Assembly: GCA_965203805.1 (NCBI GenBank)
Contig: OZ241917.1
Span: 3,648,001 to 3,712,000 of the forward strand
Source: Candidatus Latescibacterota bacterium
Lineage (GTDB): Bacteria; Latescibacterota; UBA2968; GCA-2709665
DNA length: 64,000 bases
Direction: 5' to 3'
Shown: positions 9,054-17,600 of the stretch, piece after piece
Layout of the letters: each line of letters opens with the position of its first letter
Position numbering within the stretch: position 1 is the first letter of the stretch
Notes under the pieces: model-generated
What the model saw: the letters and a program-made list of their open reading frames with translations, nothing else
What the model was told of the DNA's origin: nothing
The model's database searches: none
Made by a program: the position numbers and the translations under genes

Positions 9054-9917
9054 TTGGAGCCGCTGGACGAACAAACGAACCTCGCATTCTTTACGGACCT
9101 GGACGGGACGCTGCTGCAAAGCGATCGAAGGGCAAGCGCCAGGAGCCTTGATGCGCTGAAAACGCTGGGGAGAAAGAAAATCTGCAGGGTGGTGGTCACC
9201 GGCCGGTCGCATATGTCCGCAAGCACCGTCTTGCCCGATACCTTTCCGATCGATTATCTGATTACCTCGTCGGGCGTCGGCATATTCGATTTCCGGGATC
9301 AGACGCTGGTGGAATCCCACTCCCTTTCGAACGGCGTTGTGTGCCGCGTTACGGGATATCTCATCGACAGGGGATTCGACTTCATGGTTCACGCGCCGGT
9401 TCCGGAGAACCATACGTTCGAGTACTGGGAACAGAACGAAGACAATCCCGATTTCTTGCGACGGCGTCAAAACAACGCTGAACACTGTCGCCCCTTGAAT
9501 CCCGGCCGCCCGGTAAACGGCCGGGCCTCTCAATTTCTGGTGGTCTGTCCCGTAGAAGCGGACCCCTGGCGCACGCATAACGGGCTCTGTAACGACCTGA
9601 AAGACCTGTCGGTGATCCGGACCACGTCGCCTTCGGACCACCGGTCCACGTGGTTCGAGATTTTTCCGCGACAGGTATCCAAGGCCCGGTCCGCCGCGCG
9701 GTTGTGCGAGCGGCTGGGTGCGGATGCGCGGCGTTCCGCGGCTGTGGGCAACGACTACAACGACCTGGACATGTTACAGTGGTGCGGTTTTCCGTATGTC
9801 GTCCGGAACGCGCCGGAGCCCTTGAGAAAACGGTTCCCAGTGGTTTCCAACCACAACGCGGACGGGTTTTCCGAGGCGGTCCGGCGGTGGCTCGACGAGA
9901 TTGAGACGACCGCATAG
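9054..9917 (+). CDS. Cof-type HAD-superfamily hydrolase
   Basis: DLDGT motif I, VTGRS motif II, SK...GNDYND motifs III/IV; TTG start after GGAGG. Confidence 0.88.
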   Translation: MEPLDEQTNLAFFTDLDGTLLQSDRRASARSLDALKTLGRKKICRVVVTGRSHMSASTVLPDTFPIDYLITSSGVGIFDFRDQTLVESHSLSNGVVCRVTGYLIDRGFDFMVHAPVPENHTFEYWEQNEDNPDFLRRRQNNAEHCRPLNPGRPVNGRASQFLVVCPVEADPWRTHNGLCNDLKDLSVIRTTSPSDHRSTWFEIFPRQVSKARSAARLCERLGADARRSAAVGNDYNDLDMLQWCGFPYVVRNAPEPLRKRFPVVSNHNADGFSEAVRRWLDEIETTA

Positions 9918-9930
9918 AAGAGGACAAACC

Positions 9931-12264
9931 ATGCCTGCAGGACTTACCGAAGCCGACCTGGCCGCCGCATTGCCGGATGTGACCGCCACGCTGCGCCTGC
10001 CCGGCCTGATCGACAGCGCCGCCATCTATCGCGACCGGTGGGGCATCCCCCACATCCGGGCGGAGAACGAGCACGATCTCTTCTTCGCCCAGGGTTTCGC
10101 CACGGCCCAGGACCGGCTCTGGCATATGGACTATGACCGGCGCCGGGCGCTGGGGCGTTGGGCGGAAATCGCCGGCCCGGACGGCGTGGATCAGGACCGG
10201 CTGTTGCGAACAGCGGGAATGGGACGCACGGCGCGGCTGGATTACGAGGCGGCCGGTGCGGAGGCGAGGGCGATGGTGGATGCGTATACGGCCGGCGTGA
10301 ACGCGTTCATGGAAACGACGCCGGCGTACCCGGTCGAATATAAGCTTCTGGACGGTACGCCCGAATCCTGGGAGAACTGGCACTGCATTGCCGTCTACAA
10401 GATGCGCAATACGCTGCTGGGGACGTTCGAGCCGAAACTCTTCCGAACGCGTCTGGCGCTCACCATCGGCCCCGAGAACGCGGCGCGTCTGATCAAGGGG
10501 TATCCCGGCGGCCACCTGCTCACCGTGCCCCCCGGCGAGGTCTACCAGGGGCCTGGTGTCGACGGCCTGGAGGAACTCAGCGGGGCCCTGGAGGACGTCA
10601 ACTGGCTGAAAGAGACGGATGCCGGATCCAATGCCTGGTCGATCTCCGGCGAGCTGACCCGGTCCGGATTGCCGCTGATGGGAGGAGACTCGCACCGTGC
10701 TCTGGACACGCCCAGCGTCTACTATCAGGCCCATCTCTCCTGTCCCGACCTTTCGATTGTCGGCTCCTCGGTACCCGGGATGCCCGGGATCCTGCACTTC
10801 TGTCACAACGCGCACGTGGGCTGGGGGATGACCTACGGCAACGCCGACACCCAGGACCTGTTCGTGGAGCGGTTCCGGGAGCGGGACGGCGGGCGGGAGT
10901 ATCAATTCAGGGAGACGTGGAGGCAGGCCGAAGTCCTGCACGAGACCATCGCGGTCCGGAACGCGGCGCCGGTGGAGATCGAAGTGACCCTCACGCATCA
11001 CGGCCCTGTCATCGCGGGAGATCCCGCGGCGGGTTACGGCATTGCAATCAGCGATCCCGGCCTGATACAGGGCACGCCATGGCTGGATGCCGCACGCGAA
11101 GCGATGCGCGCGACCACCGTCCATGAACTGCACGATGCATTCAGGAACTGGACGGACCGGGTCAACAACTACGCGGTCGTGGACGTCCGGGGCAATTTCG
11201 GATATCTGCACGAGGGAAAGATCCCCATTCGCACGGAGGCCAACGGCTGGCGGGCCGTGCCGGGGTGGACCGGGGAATACGAGTGGCAGGGGTATATCCC
11301 TCACGACGACCTGCCGCGGGCGATCTGTCCGCGGGCCGGGTACGCCGTGACGTGCAACCAGCGCGTAGCCGGATATGACTACCCGTACTACGTGGGTCTG
11401 AATTTCAGCCCGGAATATCGCGCCAGGCGGCTTCAACTGAATATACTGGACCTGAATCCGGGGGGGGCGGTGGTGGACGATATGGCGCGGATGCACGCCG
11501 ACCGGACCTCCATTCCGGCCGAAATCTTCACCGAGGCGCTCCTTGGGATACAGCCTCGGGACACGGCGTCCGAGCGGGCGCTGGCGCTCCTGCGCGAGTG
11601 GGATTATCGCATGGACCGGGACCTCGCGCAGCCGACGATTTACAGCCAGACCCGCCTGTGCGCCACCCGGGTGCTGGCGGAGCATCTCCTGGGCGACATA
11701 GCGGCTCCGGCGCTCGAGGGGGCTTCAGGAGCGGAAGCGCATATCCGTCTGATCGTTCTGGAGATGACCCTGGGGATCGAGAACGGCGACGAATCGATGT
11801 TACCGGACGGGCGCACCTGGGGCGATCTGTTGGCGGAGAGCCTGAAGCAGGCGGTCGCGGACCTCGAGGACCGGCTTGGTGAGGACATGACGGATTGGCG
11901 GTGGGGCCGCGTCCACCATACCCGGCCGAGACACCCGCTCTCAACGGTTTTTCCGGAATGCGCAAGGCTTCTGGATCCGCCCGGCCTGCCAACGCACGGA
12001 GACGGAGACGTGCCGCTTGCCGGCGGCTATGACGTGAGTGAACCCTTTGTTGCGACGGGGTTGTCGGTCAACCGGTACATTCACGATCCGTCGGACTGGA
12101 ACAACTCCCGGTGGATCGTGCCGCTTGGGGCCTCGGGGCATCCCGGCAGCGCTCATTATGCGGACCAGGCGCAACTCTGGGCCGACGTGGGGTATATCCC
12201 GCAACTGTGGGACTGGGATACGATTGTCTCCGAGGCGGAAACACGACAGGAATTGAATCCGTAG
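9931..12264 (+). CDS. Penicillin acylase family protein (Ntn hydrolase, peptidase S45)
   Basis: RDRWGIPHI, AQGFATAQDRLWHMD, GSNAW autocleavage site, GASGHPGSAHYADQ. No obvious signal peptide. Confidence 0.92.
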   Translation: MPAGLTEADLAAALPDVTATLRLPGLIDSAAIYRDRWGIPHIRAENEHDLFFAQGFATAQDRLWHMDYDRRRALGRWAEIAGPDGVDQDRLLRTAGMGRTARLDYEAAGAEARAMVDAYTAGVNAFMETTPAYPVEYKLLDGTPESWENWHCIAVYKMRNTLLGTFEPKLFRTRLALTIGPENAARLIKGYPGGHLLTVPPGEVYQGPGVDGLEELSGALEDVNWLKETDAGSNAWSISGELTRSGLPLMGGDSHRALDTPSVYYQAHLSCPDLSIVGSSVPGMPGILHFCHNAHVGWGMTYGNADTQDLFVERFRERDGGREYQFRETWRQAEVLHETIAVRNAAPVEIEVTLTHHGPVIAGDPAAGYGIAISDPGLIQGTPWLDAAREAMRATTVHELHDAFRNWTDRVNNYAVVDVRGNFGYLHEGKIPIRTEANGWRAVPGWTGEYEWQGYIPHDDLPRAICPRAGYAVTCNQRVAGYDYPYYVGLNFSPEYRARRLQLNILDLNPGGAVVDDMARMHADRTSIPAEIFTEALLGIQPRDTASERALALLREWDYRMDRDLAQPTIYSQTRLCATRVLAEHLLGDIAAPALEGASGAEAHIRLIVLEMTLGIENGDESMLPDGRTWGDLLAESLKQAVADLEDRLGEDMTDWRWGRVHHTRPRHPLSTVFPECARLLDPPGLPTHGDGDVPLAGGYDVSEPFVATGLSVNRYIHDPSDWNNSRWIVPLGASGHPGSAHYADQAQLWADVGYIPQLWDWDTIVSEAETRQELNP

Positions 12265-12409
12265 TCGGCCGGCGTCACCAACATCCGGGGGATCCCGCTT
12301 ACGGCTCGAGGATGTCCGCTAAGCGCCTGGTAGCGCGCGTATATTGCACATCGACGCCTGACTGCTGGTAGTCGTTTCCTGACTAAGTGCCTATTTTTTC
12401 TTTTTTTAT

Positions 12410-13035
12410 GTCCTTTTTCTTGTACGCCCAAGAAAAAGGACCAAAAAGAACGGCGCCTGCCTGCCAAAGCGTCACTGGCAGGCGCAGGCAGGCCGCTCGG
12501 CGCCTGTCTGCGTGCGTGAGACAGCACGCACAGGCAGGCGGGGCCGGTTTTTCCGTGAACCACCTCAGCGGCGCAATTGGAATCTGGGTGCCCTGTCACC
12601 GAAACAGCCCCGACCGAACTACGTTGCTGGACGGATTGGCACGGAAAAACCCCCAGCCACACCACAGTACGCTTGATGGGGCCTCACAAAAAACCGTACG
12701 CGGATGTTCCTGCGCGATGAAGCGTTTACAGACCCCCCAACACCGCCACCAACCTACTGCCTATCCCCTTCCCGAAGGAAGGGGGAAGTGTGATCGCGTG
12801 AAGACATTTCTTACTGCTCCCCCTCTCCCTTTGGGAGAGGGGGCCGGGGGGAGAGGTTTGGGTTTCATCGGTTGCCGCCACGTGACGGCGCTGACGTCAA
12901 CGGGTTTGGCTTTTGTTTCAAGCTGATTGCTGAGAGCTGATCGCTGAATGCTGCTTCCCGCCGGAGGCAAGGAATTTGGGGAAAAGGGGTTTTTGGATTT
13001 GATTTTCGTCCATTGCCTTTAGCTGTCAGCTGTCA
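12410..13035. repeat. Intergenic repeat mosaic 3 with two mini hairpin inserts (12456-12492, 12503-12538)
   Basis: TCCTTTTTCTTG...CAAGAAAAAGGA hairpin, two CCTG(C/T)CTGC...CAGGCAGG units, CCCCTTCC/GGAAGGGG and CCCCCTCTCCC/GGGAGAGGGGG hairpins, GCTGA heptamers, AAGGAATTTGGGGA (12969). Confidence 0.8.
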
Positions 13036-13068
13036 TTGCCGACAACTACCCGCGAGAGGAGATTCGAA

Positions 13069-13404
13069 ATGGTACAAATCGTAAAACCGGACCAGAGGGA
13101 CATGAAGCTGTACGACGCGCCGGGGGCCAGGGTACAGGTGTCCGACCCCATTCTGGGAAAGGACGACTGTCTCGCGGCGGGATTCACGGAATATCTGGAA
13201 CCGAGCCGTCTGGAGTGGACATTCGACTACAATGAGGTCTTCTTCATGCTGGAAGGCGCGCTGGAAGTTCACGCGGAGGGGCAGGAGCCGGTGTCTTTCG
13301 AGGTTGGCGATCTGGGCTATATCGAAAAGGACACGACCACCGTAATCACGGTACCGGAGGGCGCGCTGCTGCTGCACGTTACCCAGCCGGCGTGGCGGGA
13401 ATGA
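13069..13404 (+). CDS. Cupin protein, EutQ-like
   Basis: LAAGFTEY...LEWTFDYNEVFFMLEGALEV...GDLGYI; GAGGAG SD. Confidence 0.75.
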   Translation: MVQIVKPDQRDMKLYDAPGARVQVSDPILGKDDCLAAGFTEYLEPSRLEWTFDYNEVFFMLEGALEVHAEGQEPVSFEVGDLGYIEKDTTTVITVPEGALLLHVTQPAWRE

Positions 13405-13429
13405 AGCAGGACGGGAGGCTGCCGGAAGT

Positions 13430-14491
13430 TCAATTGAACGCGGGCGCGACGTGTTCCGAGAACATGCGCAGAGACTTGCAGACCAGGTCGGGATGCAGGT
13501 CGCCGATGCGGGTCCACCCCATAAAGTTCTGCAGTCCCGTGTGTTTCCGGATCCAGCTGATTTTGTCGGCGGCAAAATCGGGATCCCCCACGATGGCGTG
13601 TTCCGCCAGGATTTCGTCGAAGCTGATGTTGGAAAACTTCTGTTTCAGCTCCTGGTAGAATTCCATCTGTCCGGGTGGCGCGATTTCGGGCGGGGGCGCG
13701 ATCACCTCGGCCAGCAGGGTGCGGAAGTACCACATCAGTTGATCGTGACATTCCTCGCGGGCCTTTTCGGTGGTTTCGGCAACGTACAGGAACCTCGCCA
13801 GGGGGAAGTCCAGTTTGCCCGACATCCCGCACGCATCGGCCGTCTTGTGGTACGCCTCGTAGAGTTCGAACACCTGCTCGTAGGGATGCAGGAACGAAGT
13901 CAGGACGTTATAGCCGTTCTTGATGACCCATTCGTAAGTTGAAGGACTCACCGCCGCCACGTAAACCGGCGGGTGCGGCTGTTGTACGGGTTTCGGGATC
14001 ACGTTGACCTTCCGGACCTTGTGGAACCTGCCGTCGTATTCCACGGGACCCGTCCAGGCCTTCAGGATGATCTCCAGTTCTTCCTGAAAGCGGTCGCGGC
14101 TTTCCTCCAGGTCGATTCCCCAGTTGTGAAACTCCTCGAGCTGATAGCCGCGTCCCACGCCGAAGAGGAGCCTTCCCCTGGACATGATATCCACGGTGGC
14201 GAAGTCTTCCGCCACGATGACCGGGTTGTGGAAGGGCAGCACGACAACCGCGGTGCCGATTTTGATGCGTTCGGTAATGGCCGAGGCGTACGCGGCCATG
14301 GTATGGATGGACGGGGTGATCGAGTAATAATTCGCGCCTGGCGCTTTGTGGTCGAAGTGGTGTTCGGCCAGCCAGATGGCGTCCCAGCCGGTCTCGTCCA
14401 TGAGCTTGAACTGTTCGAATGCTTCGTGGTAGACTTGCGCGTGATCTTTGCCGGGCGGGGTTTCCAGCAGATAGAACTGGCCGAATTGCAT
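13430..14491 (-). CDS. LLM-class (luciferase-like) flavin-dependent oxidoreductase
   Basis: WLAEHHF, TERIKIGTAV, AEDFATVDIMSRGRLLFGVGRGY, PKPVQQPHPP. Confidence 0.92.
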   Translation of the reverse strand: MQFGQFYLLETPPGKDHAQVYHEAFEQFKLMDETGWDAIWLAEHHFDHKAPGANYYSITPSIHTMAAYASAITERIKIGTAVVVLPFHNPVIVAEDFATVDIMSRGRLLFGVGRGYQLEEFHNWGIDLEESRDRFQEELEIILKAWTGPVEYDGRFHKVRKVNVIPKPVQQPHPPVYVAAVSPSTYEWVIKNGYNVLTSFLHPYEQVFELYEAYHKTADACGMSGKLDFPLARFLYVAETTEKAREECHDQLMWYFRTLLAEVIAPPPEIAPPGQMEFYQELKQKFSNISFDEILAEHAIVGDPDFAADKISWIRKHTGLQNFMGWTRIGDLHPDLVCKSLRMFSEHVAPAFN

Positions 14492-14677
14492 TTCAGATCT
14501 CCTGAGTGAATGGAACGACGTGCCGGTTTCCGGCGATTAAGTTATGGATCGTACTAATGATGTCAAGCGGTTTTGCGGGTCGATGCCGCGGGAGGATTCG
14601 CCATTGGCGGAGGCGCCGGCGGCTCCGCGTCCGCCGGTTGTGGAGCGGTTCCGCACTGGACCAGGGAGGATCGGGAA

Positions 14678-17600
14678 ATGACGCCCAATCGAATTGAATG
14701 CTGCCTGCTCTTGCTGACGGGCATTCTCATGACGGGTTGCGCTTCGAAACGCAACGAGACCGAGACGATTACTTATTCGCGGGAAACGGCCAGGCTGGTC
14801 AGCCACGCGACATCCGACATGATCCGCGCCGGCGACGACATTCGCGTACGGTTCGTGTCGCCCGTCGTTTCCGGAAACCGGGTCGGACATGGGCTCGAAG
14901 AGACCGTATTCGCTTTCGTGCCGCACATCGACGGAAACGCCCGCTGGGCGGACAGGCGCACCCTCCTCTTCAAGCCGGACGAGCCGCTCCCGTTCAGGCA
15001 GCGCTACAGGGGAACCCTGGATCTCGCCGCCCTGTTTCCGCGGCGACCAGATCTGCGGCCGCTGGAATTCGCGTTTCACGTCGCCGGCCGGGAGATTGTT
15101 TCGTTGAACGCGGATTTTGAGGTGATCGAGAAGGACGATCCGCGACGGGTGGTCTATAAAGGCCGTGTCGTGTTCAGCGAGAAGACCCCGCTCGAACAGG
15201 TGCGGCAGGCTGCCCGGTTGTCGATGTATTCTGGCCGGAAATCGCTTTCTCTTGCCTGGACGGCGGACGCGGAGGGGAAGGTCTTCTCATTTGTATCCGA
15301 ACCGATCGAACGAAGCAAAACAACGAGAGTGCTCCGTTTCAACCTCGAAAAGGAGGCGCTGGCGATTTCGCGGGACTACGTGGAAAAGAGGAGGCTGACG
15401 CCCATAACGGAAATGAAAATTGTCAAAGTCGAAGGTCGGGGGGAGGGACGGCAGCCCGGCCTCGCGGTCGAATTGACGGACGAACCGGACCCCCACCAGG
15501 ATCTCCAGGGGCTGATTGCCGTGGACCCGCCGATGGACGTCCGGATCAGGGCGGCGGGAAGAAAAATCCACGTGAGCGGCGAGTTTGAGCACGGCAGGCA
15601 CTATACCCTCACCGTCCATCCGGGCATTCGCAGCCGATGGGGGGCGGCGACGGCCTCGGAACGCACCGAAACCATCCAGATACCCGATCTGAAACCCCGG
15701 ATTCGATTCTCCGAAGACGGGATGATTCTGCCGACGATCAACCGGCAGCGCGTGCGGTTCCGGACGGTGAACGTGAGCCGCGTGAGGCTGGAGATCAAAC
15801 AGGTTTTCGACTCGAATCTGGGGCAGTTCCTGCAGACGCAGAGCCTGAAGAGCGACGGCGACCGCCGGCGGAGTTTCTCCTCCTGGCAGGTCAACCGCGT
15901 CGGCGTGGGGCTGGTGGATACGGTCCTGGAGATCGGTGCGGTCCGCAACCGGTGGCTGCAGCACGAACTGGATCTGAACGAGTTGCTCGATCCGACCGAA
16001 AAAGGGCCGCTTCTGATCAGTCTCAGCTTTAAACACATCGATATGCTTTACGGCGCGCCCGGCGAGGCCGAGGAAGCGCGAAAGCAGCGGCGGCGGAACC
16101 GTGGAAATTACGACTTCCGCAACCATCCCTTCTCGCCCGAATACGTCCACCGCTTCGGAAGGGCATTCAAGCCGGTAATCGTCAGCGATATCGGGCTGAC
16201 GTACAAGAAGGCGCACCGCCGGCACTTCGTTTATGCGCGAAATGTCAGCAACGCGGCGCCCATGGCCGGGGTGGCGGTCACATTGCGCACCTTCCAGAAC
16301 CAGGTGGCCGGACGGGGCGTGACCGACAGGTACGGCGAGGCGGCGATTTCTGGTGGAAGGCGGGACATCTTTTACGTCGAAGCCGAAAAAGACGGTCAGA
16401 AGAGCATCATCAAGTGCAACGAAATGGCTTGGAACCTGTCCACGTTCGATACGGGGGGCGCCGCTGCGCCGCCGGACGGCGTCCGGGCGTTTATCTACAC
16501 CGAACGGGGCGTTTATCGACCCGGCGACGAGATCCATCTTTCGCTGATCGCGCGCAATTCCGAGCAGACCTTCCCAGAGAACCACCCTGTTACGCTGAAG
16601 CTCTATAACCCGAGAAATCAGCTGGTGCTGGAGCGGACTGCCCGTGATGGAAAGGATGGATTCTACGTTTTCAGCTTCAAGACAGAGCCCCACGATCCAA
16701 CGGGAAACTGGCGGGCGCGTTTGGCAGTGGGAAGCCGCACGTTCGAACATACGGTGAAAGTCGAGACGGTGGCCCCCTATCGGTTGAGGGTCTGGATCGA
16801 GCCCGAAAAGCAGAATTTGACGGCTGAGGACAACGAACTTCGACTCGGGCTCCTGAGTACCTATCTGTTTGGCAATCCGGCCGTCGGGCTGGATGCCGAG
16901 GTCACGGCCGAACTCCGGCATTCAGCGAAACAGTTTTCCGGCTATCCGGAGTTCAGCTTCACCAACGAAGGTGTGACCCATAGGCCGGTGCGCACCAGCA
17001 TCTTCAAGGGCAGACTCGACACGCTGGGGCGGGCGCGCGTGCGCTGGCGATTGCCTCAGCTTGACGGGACGCCGTCTGCGATCCAGGTCGTGATCAATGC
17101 CACGGTGCTGGAAAGAGGCGGCCGTCCCAACCGCAGCCGCGAAACCCTGGCGCTGGATCCGTACGACCGCTACGTGGGGGTGCGAAAGCCGCGGTTCGAC
17201 TACGGATACGCCCGGATGGGGTCCGCGGTGGAGATTCCGATCGTGCTCGTAACCCCTGAAGGGGAGGCAGCGGCGGGTTTGCCGCTTGAGTATCGCATTT
17301 TCAGAAGCACGGCACACTGGTGGTGGGAGTACGAGTCCCGCGATCAGTTCCGCCTCAGGTTCAAAAAGGACCAGAATACGGAACAGATCGACAGCGGTTC
17401 GCTGTTCTCGAAGACAACCCCCGTGCCGTTGGTATTTACGCCCGACCAGCGGGGAGAGTATCTGATAGAAGTCCAGGATGCCGCGGGACATACCGCCGCA
17501 TTCTTCATACGCGCCTATCCGTGGGGCGAAGCGCAGGCCGATCCCAAAACAGCTGGCATGCTGGCGCTCAGGACCGACAGGAAGTCCTATGCCCCCGGCG

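Noticed and set aside
9382-11685. Long antisense ORFs (767 aa here; also 15287-16921, 27210-29303, 37865-40282 and many shorter)
   Set aside because: Shadow frames of well-supported GC-rich genes; no motifs and Arg/Pro/Gly-biased composition.
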